64,000 nt of DNA from positions 8,351-72,350 of the forward strand of contig CAZABN010000002.1 in the NCBI GenBank assembly GCA_964483345.1. The letters are read 5' to 3'. This document shows, piece by piece, positions 48,901-57,556 of the stretch. Numbering within the stretch: the first letter of the stretch is position 1; each line of letters opens with the position of its first letter. The stretch is from an uncultured Solirubrobacteraceae bacterium. Lineage in GTDB: Bacteria; Actinomycetota; Thermoleophilia; Solirubrobacterales; Solirubrobacteraceae. The notes under the pieces are model-generated. The model was given only the letters and a program-made list of their open reading frames with translations, made no database searches and was not told where the DNA came from. A program made the position numbers and the translations under genes.

Positions 48901-49012
48901 TGGCGCCGGCGCTGACGGCGAGGCCGATCAGCGCCAGCGACGCCGCGAGCGCGGCACGCCGAAAATCGCGCAGAACGCGGTTGGCCCGTTTGCTCGGTCT
49001 AAGCCACATCAA
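45914..49012 (-). CDS. Secreted S53 (sedolisin/kumamolisin-type) serine-carboxyl peptidase with IPT/TIG and repeated Ig-like C-terminal domains
   Basis: Signal peptide and a pro-kumamolisin activation region. Catalytic motifs ASTGDRGAE and GGTSSSAPVWAAVAAL. Then an IPT/TIG-like VVTGLQGGEARPGSTVTVDGSGF...VDVRV and two roughly 75-aa internal repeats (…YTEGERVIASYACAAS… / …YARGQSLTAAFSCAAS…). Confidence 0.85.
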   Translation of the reverse strand: MMWLRPSKRANRVLRDFRRAALAASLALIGLAVSAGASDAPSSVVVGARPPALADAAAIGAVAPRTRLALTVVLKSRDPAGLAALVSAVTTPGSTSYHHYLTVGEFAARFGADPAGVATLRSTLRAEGLQPGTLAANGLSIPVSATVSQASRAFDVDLRSYRTHSGVRLYANTAAPRMPAVLGKVVQNVLGLDNVPQAQPQGLVRPLLKPAPRRAGKPRARAAADQSFPNGAGPAPCQGASGFEALHSNVYTIDQIGKAYGMDDLYADGDFGQGVTVALLELDSYASSADEATDLATFQQCYGTNAQITIEPLVDGGGSKISTAESAVDLQDLIGLAPEANVDLYQGPDTLMGRYDTLARIVAADNAQVISDSWGECEQEDISAAQSEKTLLEEAAAQGESFIASTGDRGAESCASEWNNNLNNIAQQGDPNAPLLAVDDPASQPLATAVGGTNLNAIGPPPSETSWNRIYWGASGGGISTLWAMPSYQIDAGVPGVLNSYSSGAPCGQTSRYCREVPDVAANGSTETGYVTYFQGAWTAFGGTSSSAPVWAAVAALADSPLAGDSAVSGCTAGPPLGFLNPLLYEIAAGDEHADAFNDVTVGDNSGYFNGTVPYGAYPATPGYDMVTGLGTPIADNGSSTGLVPQLCAASATPIGAQPVVTGLQGGEARPGSTVTVDGSGFTPYTAVWFGGEVASSVTDLSSTQLVATVPAGSGSVDVRVTGLAGASPPNPGDVFAYAPTEAIGSPQSGATYTEGERVIASYACAASVSGANGCTAPVANGAAINTSTVGVHQFAVTSTDANGFATTTIATYSVIAPPTIAIGAPAAGGVYARGQSLTAAFSCAASAPATLASCTGPDAAGTSIATTAPGPHSFTVIATDSNGVSSALTASYTIVAVRPTISGLNETAARWLERKARRSRLPLGTTFSFSLDQAAQVELSFARLTGGRKAGGRCVSPALAAPRAQRCTRSLSAGTLTIRAQAGGNALAFGGKTSLGRLPAGTYAVELSATGLTGHPSAPVSLRFTIVPPGS

Positions 49013-49072
49013 TTCAAGATACGGCTCCGCGACGGCGACGCAAGGGGGAAAACGTCGCCATACTCGTTAGAA

Positions 49073-50527
49073 ATGGCCCTGCGCGAGCACCTGGAGCGCC
49101 CGCACGGACGCGGCTCGCTGCCCGAGGGAGGCTACACCGGAGCGGCCGGCGGCGCGACGTGCGGCGATCTGGTGCGCATCTCGGTGGCGCTCGAGCGCGA
49201 CACCGTCGCGGCCGCCGCGTTCGATGCTCGTGGCTGCGGCAGCGCGATCGGCGCCGCGAGCGCCGCCGTGGCGCTGGTGGAGGGCCGGCCGCTGCTGGAC
49301 GCGGCGCGTGTCGGAGCCGATCAGATCGCGCGCGAGCTGGGCGGTCTGTCGCCGCCGAAACGGCACGCGGCCGAACTGGCGGCGGACGCGCTGCACCGCG
49401 CGCTTGGCGCCGCGGCCCGCGCCCAGGCCGCGCTCGCGCCGGCGCCCGGGCGGCTGCTCGTGGCGATGAGCGGCGGTGTTGACAGCGCCGTGGCGGCGGT
49501 GCTCGCCGGCTCGCGTGCCGTGGCCGTCACGCTCGAGCTGTGGACCGACTCCGAGAACGACGGCGAACGCAGCTGCTGCTCGCCGCAGGCGGTTCGCGGC
49601 GCGCGTGCGCTGGCCCATCGGCTCGGCCTGCCGCACCTCTCGCTCGACCTGCGCGCGGAGTTCCGTGCCGGCGTCGTCGAGCCGTGGCTCGCGCAGCACG
49701 CCGCGGGCGCGACGCCGAACCCGTGCGTTCGCTGCAACGGCGAGGTGCGGCTCGACGCGATGCTCGAGCTCGCCGGGCGGCTCGGCGCCGAGGCGCTGGT
49801 GACCGGCCACTACGCGCGCACCGGCGGCGGACTGCTGCGCGTCGCGGCCGACACGGACAAGGATCAGAGCTACATGCTCGCCGCGCTGGATCCGGCGGCG
49901 CTGCGGCGCATTCGCTTTCCGCTCGGTGAGCTTCGCAAGCCGCAGGTGCGGGCGCTCGCGCGCCGGGTGGGGCTGGCGGTCGCCGAGAAGCCCGACTCAC
50001 AGGATCTGTGCTTCCTCGCCGGAACGCGCCGCGGGGCCTTCCTCGCCCGCCACGGCGCACTCGGTGAGCGCCCCGGGGCGATCGTCGACGCCGATGGCCG
50101 CCGGATCGGCTCCCATCGCGGCGTCCACGGCTTCACCGTGGGGCAGCGTCGCGGTCTCGGCATCGGCGGCGGCACGCCCCTGTACGTGCTGGCGACGGAT
50201 GCAGATGCGGCCAGCGTGACGGTCGGCACCCGAGCGCAACTCGCGACCCACACGGTGACGCTCCGCGACGCCGTTCTGCACCGGACGGACTTCGATCGCG
50301 TGCGGCTACGCTACCGCCAGCTCCCGCTGCCCTGCACACCGCGGCACACCGACGGCGGCGGACTCGAGCTCGCGCTGGCGGCGCCGGCCTACGGCGTCGC
50401 GCCCGGGCAGCTCGCGTGCCTGATGGATGGCGAGCTGATCGTCGGTCACGCGACGATCGCGCGAGCGGCGGTGCGGAGCACCCGAAGCGCCTCCGGCGAC
50501 CGGGGCGAACAGCCGCGGCCTCGGTAA
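49073..50527 (+). CDS. mnmA: Fusion protein: IscU/NifU-N-like domain + tRNA 2-thiouridine(34) synthase MnmA
   Basis: The N-terminal 120 aa align to IscU (HLERPHGRGSL, GGATCGDLVRISV, ARGCGSAIGAAS, PPKRHAAELAADAL). Then come the MnmA PP-loop VAMSGGVDSAVAA, NPCVRCN and DSQDLCFL. It is one uninterrupted frame. The listed ORF start at 48716 is spurious because it overlaps the divergent peptidase gene. Confidence 0.88.
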   Translation: MALREHLERPHGRGSLPEGGYTGAAGGATCGDLVRISVALERDTVAAAAFDARGCGSAIGAASAAVALVEGRPLLDAARVGADQIARELGGLSPPKRHAAELAADALHRALGAAARAQAALAPAPGRLLVAMSGGVDSAVAAVLAGSRAVAVTLELWTDSENDGERSCCSPQAVRGARALAHRLGLPHLSLDLRAEFRAGVVEPWLAQHAAGATPNPCVRCNGEVRLDAMLELAGRLGAEALVTGHYARTGGGLLRVAADTDKDQSYMLAALDPAALRRIRFPLGELRKPQVRALARRVGLAVAEKPDSQDLCFLAGTRRGAFLARHGALGERPGAIVDADGRRIGSHRGVHGFTVGQRRGLGIGGGTPLYVLATDADAASVTVGTRAQLATHTVTLRDAVLHRTDFDRVRLRYRQLPLPCTPRHTDGGGLELALAAPAYGVAPGQLACLMDGELIVGHATIARAAVRSTRSASGDRGEQPRPR

Positions 50528-50537
50528 TCTCGGGTCC

Positions 50538-53177
50538 ATGACGTCGGACGAGATTCGCGAGCGCTTCCTGGCGTTCTTCGCCGAGCGCGGACATCTGCGC
50601 GTGCCGAGCGCATCGCTTGTGCCCGCCTCGAACGACCCCTCGGCGCTCTTTACGGTGGCCGGGATGCACCCGCTCAAACCCTACTTCCTCGGCCAGGAAC
50701 GCCCGCCGGCGACCCGTTTGACGAGTTGCCAGAAGGTCTTCCGGACGGTCGACCTCGATGTCGTCGGCACGACAGCCCGCCATCTGACGTTCTTCGAGAT
50801 GCTCGGCAACTTCTCGCTCGGCGACTACTTCAAGACCGAGGCGGTCGAGTTCGCATGGGAGCTCTCACGCGACGGCTACGGCTTTGCCGCCGAGGACATC
50901 TGGATCACGGTCTTCGAGGGCGACGAGGCGCTCGGGCTGGGCCCGGATGAGGAGGCGATCGAGGCCTGGCTGGCCGTCGGGGTCCCGCGCGAGCGGATCG
51001 TCGCCTGCCCGCGCAGCGAGAACTTCTGGCAGGCCGGGCCGACCGGGCCGTGCGGTCCCTGCTCGGAGCTCTACCTCGATCGCGGGCTTGCGTTCGGCAG
51101 CGCCGATGACCTTCCCGGCGGCGAGAACGCTCGCTTCCTCGAATACTGGAACCTCGTCTTCATGCAGTACGACCAGCAGCCGCCGGACACGCTGACGCCG
51201 CTGCCGGCGCGCAACATCGACACGGGGCTCGGGCTGAACCGGATGGCGGCGATCCTCCAGGACGTCCCGTCGGTGTTCGAGACGGACCAGTTCAGGCCGC
51301 TGATCGAGCTGGGCGAGAGCCTTTCCGGGCGAAGCTATGGCAGCGACGAGACGGCCGATCGCAGCCTGCGGGTGCTCGCGGACCACGCGCGGGGGATGAC
51401 CTTCCTGGTCGCCGACGGCGTCGTGCCCTCGAACAACGAGCGCGGCTATGTCCTGCGCCGTGTGATGCGCCGCGCCGTGCTGCACGGGCGCTCGCTCGGC
51501 TTCGAGCCGGGGTTCCTCGTGCGCTACGGCGAACTGGTGCGTGAGTTGATGGGCGGTGCCTACCCCGAGCTGAACGAGCACCGCGAGCAGATCGACGTCT
51601 GGCTCGCCTCGGAGGAGGAGCACTTCGGGCACACCCTCGAGCAGGGTCTCGTGGTGCTGCGCGAGCTGATCGAGCGTGCGCGCGAGGGCGACGATGTCGT
51701 GAACGGCGAGGACGCCTTCCGCCTGCACGACACCTTCGGCTTCCCGATCGAGCTGACTCGTGAACTCGTCGCGCAGGACGGGCTGAGCGTCGATCTGCCC
51801 GGGTTCGACGCGCTGATGTCAGAGCAGCGCGAGCGCAGCCGGATCGGTGAGGGGGGCGGCGAGCAGACGCTCGCGGGACGCGAGCGGGCGAGCGCCTTCG
51901 CCGGCGCGGCGGGCTTCACGACGCGCTTCGTCGGCTACGAGACGACCGAGCAGGCGACGACGGTCGGAGCGCTCGAGCGCAGCGACGGCCGCGTGCTGGT
52001 GAAGCTCGCGGACTCCCCGTTCTACGCCGCCGGTGGCGGCCAGATCTCCGACGTGGGCGTGATCGAGTGTGCGGAAGGCGACTGCCGCGCGCGCGTGGCC
52101 GAGGTCGTACGCCTCGGCGACGACCAGGCGATCTACGCGGTGCTGGACGAGGGGGATCTGCACGAGGGGGAGCGCGTCCACGCGCGGGTCGACCGTCTGA
52201 CCCGGCACGCAACCGAGTGCAACCACACGGCGACGCATCTGCTGCATGCGGCACTGCGCGCACGGCTCGGCAGCCATGTGCGCCAGGCCGGCTCCTACGT
52301 CGGCCCGGACAAGCTGCGCTTCGACTTCAACCACGGGCAGGCGATGTCGGCGGCGGAGTTGCGTGACGTCGAGGACCAGATCAACGCGTGGATCGTCGAG
52401 AACCACCCGGTGCGCCCGATCACCACGACGCTCCAGGAGGCGCGGGCATTGGGGGCGATGGCGCTCTTCGACGAGAAGTACGGCGAGGTCGTGCGCATGG
52501 TCGAGATCGGCGACGGCGAGTTCTCGCGCGAGCTGTGCGGCGGAACGCACGTGCGCTCGACCGCGGAGATCGGTGTCGTGCGCCTGCTCGGCGAGACCTC
52601 CAGCGCCGCCAATGTGCGCCGGATTGAGGCACTCAGCGGGCCGGCGGCGATCGCGGCGCTGCGCAGCCGCGGCGACGCGCTCGAGCAGATCGCAGGCGTG
52701 TTGCGGACGACGCCGGACGAGGCGCCCGGCGTGGTGGCGGCGCGCGAGGCGGAGCGGCGCGCGCTGGAGAAGGCGGCACGGACCGCCGCACCCGACGACG
52801 CGGTCGACGCCGGCGCGCTGGCCGGGTCCGCCGAGCTGATCGGCGACGTGCCGGCGGTCCTCGCCACGGTTGCGTTGGCCGATGCCAGGACGCTCCCCGA
52901 CGTCGTCGACCGCGTCCGCGGCAGGCTCGGCGCCGACGGTGTGATCGTCCTGGTGAGCGTCGCCGACGAGCGTGCCAACGTCGTCGTCAGCGTCGCGCCG
53001 GCGATCGTGGCGCGCGGCGTGCGCGCCGGCGAGATCGCGAAGATCGCGGCGGCGCCGCTCGGTGGTGGCGGCGGCGGGCGCGACACGCTCGCACAGGCCG
53101 GCGGCGGGCGGGTCGAGAACGTGGAGGCGGCGCTGGACGCGGCCCGCGCGGCGATCGCCGACGCCCTCGGGCGGTGA
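50538..53177 (+). CDS. alaS: Alanine--tRNA ligase
   Basis: FFAERGH..VPSASLVP..DPSALFTVAGM, TTARHLTFFEMLGNFSLGDYFK, editing-domain HTATHLLHAALR and CGGTHV motifs, and a C-terminal DHHA1-like domain. Confidence 0.95.
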   Translation: MTSDEIRERFLAFFAERGHLRVPSASLVPASNDPSALFTVAGMHPLKPYFLGQERPPATRLTSCQKVFRTVDLDVVGTTARHLTFFEMLGNFSLGDYFKTEAVEFAWELSRDGYGFAAEDIWITVFEGDEALGLGPDEEAIEAWLAVGVPRERIVACPRSENFWQAGPTGPCGPCSELYLDRGLAFGSADDLPGGENARFLEYWNLVFMQYDQQPPDTLTPLPARNIDTGLGLNRMAAILQDVPSVFETDQFRPLIELGESLSGRSYGSDETADRSLRVLADHARGMTFLVADGVVPSNNERGYVLRRVMRRAVLHGRSLGFEPGFLVRYGELVRELMGGAYPELNEHREQIDVWLASEEEHFGHTLEQGLVVLRELIERAREGDDVVNGEDAFRLHDTFGFPIELTRELVAQDGLSVDLPGFDALMSEQRERSRIGEGGGEQTLAGRERASAFAGAAGFTTRFVGYETTEQATTVGALERSDGRVLVKLADSPFYAAGGGQISDVGVIECAEGDCRARVAEVVRLGDDQAIYAVLDEGDLHEGERVHARVDRLTRHATECNHTATHLLHAALRARLGSHVRQAGSYVGPDKLRFDFNHGQAMSAAELRDVEDQINAWIVENHPVRPITTTLQEARALGAMALFDEKYGEVVRMVEIGDGEFSRELCGGTHVRSTAEIGVVRLLGETSSAANVRRIEALSGPAAIAALRSRGDALEQIAGVLRTTPDEAPGVVAAREAERRALEKAARTAAPDDAVDAGALAGSAELIGDVPAVLATVALADARTLPDVVDRVRGRLGADGVIVLVSVADERANVVVSVAPAIVARGVRAGEIAKIAAAPLGGGGGGRDTLAQAGGGRVENVEAALDAARAAIADALGR

Positions 53178-53184
53178 CCGCCGC

Positions 53185-53613
53185 TTGCGTGTCCTCGCGC
53201 TCGACTACGGCAGCGCGCGCACCGGCGTCGCGGTCTGCGATCCGACCGAGACGGTCGTGACGCCGGTTGAGCCGGTGCTGCGCGCCGGCACGCGGGCGGG
53301 GATCGGAGCGCTGGCGGCGCTCGTCGCGGAGCGCGGCGTGGCGGCCGTCGTGGTCGGCCTGCCGCTCTCGCTGAGTGGGGGTGAGACATCCCAGACGGCC
53401 GAGGCGCGGGCCTTCGCCGAACGGCTCGCCGGGCGACTCGGCGCGGACGTTCCGGTGGTGCTGCACGACGAGCGCCTAACGACGCGGCTCGCGCAGCGCG
53501 ACCCGCCCGCGCGCGCGAGCGAGGACTCGCGTGCCGCTGCGCACCTGCTCGAGGACTGGCTGGCGCGCCGTCACGGCGACGCTCCCCTTCCATCGCTCCC
53601 GCGCGATGAGTGA
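53185..53613 (+). CDS. ruvX: Holliday-junction resolvase-like RuvX (YqgF)
   Basis: TTG start, then LRVLALDYGSARTGVAVCDP...VVVGLPLSLSGGETSQTAEARAFAERL...VVLHDERLTT. Confidence 0.85.
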   Translation: MRVLALDYGSARTGVAVCDPTETVVTPVEPVLRAGTRAGIGALAALVAERGVAAVVVGLPLSLSGGETSQTAEARAFAERLAGRLGADVPVVLHDERLTTRLAQRDPPARASEDSRAAAHLLEDWLARRHGDAPLPSLPRDE

Positions 53614-54844
53614 CGAACCGGACGACGTCGTCGAGCTGCGCGCCGGCGACCCGAGCGGCCCGGGCGTCCCCGGCGACCCGGGCGGCCCGGGCGGCCCGCG
53701 CGACTCGGGCGGCCCGCGCGGCGGCGGCGCGGGCCACGGCGGCGACTCAGCCAGGGCGCGACGCCCGACGGCGCGCCGCCGGCACCCCCCGGCGCGCTAC
53801 CGGCGCCGTCGCGTGACGCTGCTGCTCGCCCTCGTTGTCGTGGCGTTCGCCGCGTGGTTCGCAATCGAGCTGTTCCAGCCCTTCGCCGGACCGGGGACGG
53901 GCGTCGTCACCGTCGTCATCCCGGCCGGCGCGAATGCGAGCCAGATCGGCGACGAGCTCGCCGCGCGCGGGGTGGTCTCCTCGTCGTTCTTCTTCAGCCT
54001 GCGCGCGAGGCTCGACGGCGACGGCCCGAAGCTTCGGCACGGCGTCGTGACGCTCCGCCACGGCATGAGCTACGCCGCGGCCCTGTCCGTCCTGACCACC
54101 GCCCCTGCCGTCACGCAGCTCGAGGTGCGGATCCCGGAGGGCCTGACACGGCGGCAGATCGCCGCGATCGCCGCCGCCGACCGCCTGGGTGGGAGCTACC
54201 TGATCGCCTCGCGTCCGGCGAACGCGGGACTGGACCCGCGCGATTACGGCGCCCCCGCCAGCGTGCACACGCTCGAGGGCTTCCTCTTTCCCGCGACCTA
54301 CTTCAGCTTCGCGCACGAGAACGTGGCGCACCTGGTCGCGCAGCAGGTCGCGGCGTTCCACCAGAACTTCGACCAGCTCAGCTTCGCCAGGGCCACCGCT
54401 GCCCACCTCACGCGCTACGACGTGCTGATCATCGCGTCGATGATCGAGCGCGAGGCGCAGGTGCCGTCGGACCGCCCGCTCGTCGCCGCGGTGATCTACA
54501 ACCGCCTGGCGGCCGGCATGACGCTCGGTATCGACGCGACGCTGCGTTACGCGCTGAACGACTACGACAAGCCGCTGACCGCCTCCCAGCTGGCGCTTGA
54601 CACGCCGTACAACACGCGGCTGCACCGCGGCCTGCCGCCGACGCCGATCAGCAACCCGGGGCTCGCGTCGATGGTCGCGGCGACGCATCCGGCGGCGGTC
54701 CCCTACCTCTACTACGTGGACAAGCCGAACAGCTGCGGCGAGCTGGCGTTCGCGACCAGCTACGCGCAGTTCGAGGCCGACGTGGCGGCGTACAACGCGG
54801 CGCGCAACGCGGCGGGGGGCCGCGCGCCGACGAAATGTCCGTGA
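53606..54844 (+). CDS. mltG: Endolytic murein transglycosylase MltG (YceG-like)
   Basis: Gly/Pro-rich cytoplasmic N-terminus, one TM helix, then the YceG motifs IPEGLTRRQIA, LEGFLFPATY, ASMIEREAQ and YNTRLHRGLPPTPISNPG. Confidence 0.88.
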   Translation: MSDEPDDVVELRAGDPSGPGVPGDPGGPGGPRDSGGPRGGGAGHGGDSARARRPTARRRHPPARYRRRRVTLLLALVVVAFAAWFAIELFQPFAGPGTGVVTVVIPAGANASQIGDELAARGVVSSSFFFSLRARLDGDGPKLRHGVVTLRHGMSYAAALSVLTTAPAVTQLEVRIPEGLTRRQIAAIAAADRLGGSYLIASRPANAGLDPRDYGAPASVHTLEGFLFPATYFSFAHENVAHLVAQQVAAFHQNFDQLSFARATAAHLTRYDVLIIASMIEREAQVPSDRPLVAAVIYNRLAAGMTLGIDATLRYALNDYDKPLTASQLALDTPYNTRLHRGLPPTPISNPGLASMVAATHPAAVPYLYYVDKPNSCGELAFATSYAQFEADVAAYNAARNAAGGRAPTKCP

Positions 54845-55668
54845 GCGACGCGCCCGCGCGCGCGCCCGGGCGGCTGGGCGTGCTTGGCTGGCCGGTCGCC
54901 CACAGCCGCTCGCCCCAGATGCACCGGGCCGCCTTCGCGCAGCTCGGGTTGCGGGGCTGGAGCTACCAGCGGCTGCCCGCGCCGCCCGAGCTGTTCGCCG
55001 AGATCGTGCGCGCGCTCGGCCCCGCCGGGTTCGTCGGCGCGAACGTGACCCTGCCGCACAAGCCGGCGGCGCTCGCGCTCGCGGACAGCGCCACGCCCAC
55101 GGCGCGCGAGATCGGCGCGGCGAACACGTTGAGCTTCCTGCCCGACGGGACGATCGCCGCGGAGAACACAGACGCGCCGGGGCTGATGGCGGCGATCGGG
55201 CGCGACGTCGACGGCGCCGGCGCCGTCGTGCTCGGCGCCGGCGGCACCGCGCGCGCCGCCGCCTGGGCGCTGCGCGAGGCGGGAGCCTCGGTTTCCGTGT
55301 GGAACCGCCACGCCGCGGGCGCAAGCGCGCTTGCAGCGGAGCTCGGCGTCAGCGCGATCGAGCGTCCACGGCCCGCCGAGCTGCTCGTCAACGCCACGAC
55401 CGTCGGTATGGACGAACGTAGAAGTCTCGAAGAAGTCCTAAGCACCCTGGCGCTGGATTCCGATGTACTCGGCAGGTATGAGCAGGTCGTCGATTTCGCC
55501 TATTCGAGGAGCCCGACCGCGCTGTTGGGTGCGGCGCGGGCGCTCGGCGTCCCGGCGCTCGTCGATGGACTGGACATTCTCGCCGCCCAGGGCGGCCTGT
55601 CGTTCGAGCTCTGGACCGGCCGACCGGCGCCGCTCACGGTGATGCGCCAAGCTGCCGACGTGGGCTGA
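54835..55668 (+). CDS. aroE: Shikimate dehydrogenase
   Basis: LGVLGWPVAHSRSPQMHRAAF..., GANVTLPHK, NTDAPG and VLGAGGTARAAAWAL. Confidence 0.88.
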   Translation: MSVSDAPARAPGRLGVLGWPVAHSRSPQMHRAAFAQLGLRGWSYQRLPAPPELFAEIVRALGPAGFVGANVTLPHKPAALALADSATPTAREIGAANTLSFLPDGTIAAENTDAPGLMAAIGRDVDGAGAVVLGAGGTARAAAWALREAGASVSVWNRHAAGASALAAELGVSAIERPRPAELLVNATTVGMDERRSLEEVLSTLALDSDVLGRYEQVVDFAYSRSPTALLGAARALGVPALVDGLDILAAQGGLSFELWTGRPAPLTVMRQAADVG

Positions 55669-55669
55669 G

Positions 55670-57457
55670 ATGCCTGCCGACACCAACGCGCACCTGCGCG
55701 CCGTGCCCGTCGCCGAACAGGCGCCGAGCCTCGTCGGCGCGAATGGCGTACGGCCTCCGAGCCGTCGCGGCGGCGCGCCGCGTTCGCTGACCGAGGTGAT
55801 CGTCGAGCTCGGGCTGTGCTCGCGCGAGCAGGTGCTGGAGGCGATCGAGATCGCCGCGGCGAGCGGCACGAGCGCCGATCGCGTGCTGCTCGATCGCGGC
55901 GCGCTCAGCCCGGAGGGCGTCGCCGTCGCGCTGGCGGAGCGCCACGGGCTGGACTATGTGGATCTGAGCGTCTTCAACGTCGACATGGCCGCCGCGCATC
56001 TCGTCACCAGCCACGTGGCCAAGCGCCACGACGCGTTGCCGATCGCGATGGTCGGCGACCGCGCGCTGCTCGTGGCGATGTCGGACCCGGCGAACGTCCA
56101 CGCGGTGGACGACATCGCGATCCTCACCGGCTACCAGATCCGCGTGGCGGTCACGACCAGCGAGGACATCTCGAACGTCGTCGCGCGCCTCGTGCGGGTC
56201 GGCGAGGTCGTCCAGGACACCGGCGACGACGGTGCTGCCGGTGGCGGCGAGGAGGCGACGGTCGTCGAGCTGCACGAGACCGCCGACGACGCCCCGGTCG
56301 TCCGGCTCGTCCACCAGCTCGTCGCACAGGCCGTTGAAACGGGCGCCTCCGACCTGCACCTCACGCCCGACGGCGAGGACCTGTGCGTGCGCTTTCGTGT
56401 CGACGGCGTGCTGCGCGACATCACCACGGTGCCGCGGCGGTTCGCCGCCGGCGTGGTGTCGCGGATGAAGATCATGGCCGAGCTGGACATCGCCGAGCGC
56501 CGGGTGCCCCAGGACGGCCGCGTCGGCCTGACCGTCGACGGCCACCGCGTCGATCTGCGCGTCGTGACCGTGCCCACCGTCCGGGGCGAGGGCGTCGTCA
56601 TGCGCATCCTCGACAAGGAAGCCGTTGTCATGGACCTGGGCGAGCTGGGCATGGCCGAGGCTGAGCTGGCCCGCTTTCACCGGGCCTACACGCAGTCGCA
56701 CGGCGCCGTGCTGGTGACCGGCCCGACGGGCTCCGGCAAGTCGACGACGCTCTATGCGGCGCTCGAGGACGTCAACACGCGCGACAAGCACATCGTGACG
56801 ATCGAGGACCCGGTCGAGTACCAGATCGACGGGATCACACAGATTCAGGTCAACGCCCGCGCGGGCCTTCAATTCTCGACCGGGCTCAGGGCGATCGTGC
56901 GGGCCGACCCAGACGTGATCATGGTTGGCGAGATCCGCGACCGCGAGACCGCGCAGATCGCGATCGAGGCTGCGCTGACGGGGCACCTCGTGCTCTCGAC
57001 GCTGCACACCAACGACGCCGCCACCTCGATCACGCGCCTGATCGAGATGGGGATCGAGCCCTTCCTGGTGGCCTCCGCGCTCGACTGCGTGGTCGCCCAG
57101 CGACTGGTGCGCGTGCTGTGTCCCCACTGCAAGCGCCGGGTGATCCTGCCGATGGCGACGCTGCGGGAGTACGGCTACGCGGCCGGCTTCGACGTCGAGG
57201 GTTACGAGCCGGTCGGCTGCAAGCACTGTGGCGGGCTCGGTTACCGCGGGCGCACGGGGATCTACGAGGTGATGACGATCAGTCCCGAGATTCGCGCGCT
57301 CGCGCTCGAGCGCCGCTCTGCCGATGAGATCCTCGAAATGGCGGTTCTGCAGGGAATGCACCGGCTGAAGGACGACGGCCTCGACAGGGTGAAGCAGGGC
57401 CGCACGTCGATGGCCGAGATCGCTCGCGTCGTCAACGCCGGCACCGACGCGGATTGA
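55670..57457 (+). CDS. pilB: Type IV pilus assembly ATPase (GspE/PilB family)
   Basis: T2SSE_N domain (ALAERHGLDYVDL...), Walker A GPTGSGKSTT, Asp/His boxes, and a tetracysteine motif CPHCKRR...CKHCGGLGYRGR. Confidence 0.9.
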   Translation: MPADTNAHLRAVPVAEQAPSLVGANGVRPPSRRGGAPRSLTEVIVELGLCSREQVLEAIEIAAASGTSADRVLLDRGALSPEGVAVALAERHGLDYVDLSVFNVDMAAAHLVTSHVAKRHDALPIAMVGDRALLVAMSDPANVHAVDDIAILTGYQIRVAVTTSEDISNVVARLVRVGEVVQDTGDDGAAGGGEEATVVELHETADDAPVVRLVHQLVAQAVETGASDLHLTPDGEDLCVRFRVDGVLRDITTVPRRFAAGVVSRMKIMAELDIAERRVPQDGRVGLTVDGHRVDLRVVTVPTVRGEGVVMRILDKEAVVMDLGELGMAEAELARFHRAYTQSHGAVLVTGPTGSGKSTTLYAALEDVNTRDKHIVTIEDPVEYQIDGITQIQVNARAGLQFSTGLRAIVRADPDVIMVGEIRDRETAQIAIEAALTGHLVLSTLHTNDAATSITRLIEMGIEPFLVASALDCVVAQRLVRVLCPHCKRRVILPMATLREYGYAAGFDVEGYEPVGCKHCGGLGYRGRTGIYEVMTISPEIRALALERRSADEILEMAVLQGMHRLKDDGLDRVKQGRTSMAEIARVVNAGTDAD

Positions 57458-57556
57458 GGAAAGGCTTCGATCCGCCAACGCGTGCCGGGCTTCGCCACAG
57501 ACGTTGTGTTGGTTCAGTCCTGAAGAGCTACTGCCGATAGGAGCCTGAGAGAGCCC

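Noticed and set aside
48716-49072. N-terminal extension of the IscU::MnmA ORF (the listed 603-aa version).
   Set aside because: The first 119 codons overlap the 5' end of the divergent S53 peptidase gene and are Arg-rich junk. IscU homology starts right at the ATG at 49073.
53630-53760. Repetitive GGCGGCCCG-type nucleotide tract, a possible tandem repeat or VNTR.
   Set aside because: It encodes the Gly/Pro-rich cytoplasmic N-terminus of MltG (GDPSGPGVPGDPGGPGGPRDSGGPRGGG). The repeats are imperfect and in frame, so this is low-complexity coding sequence, not a CRISPR or non-coding repeat array.
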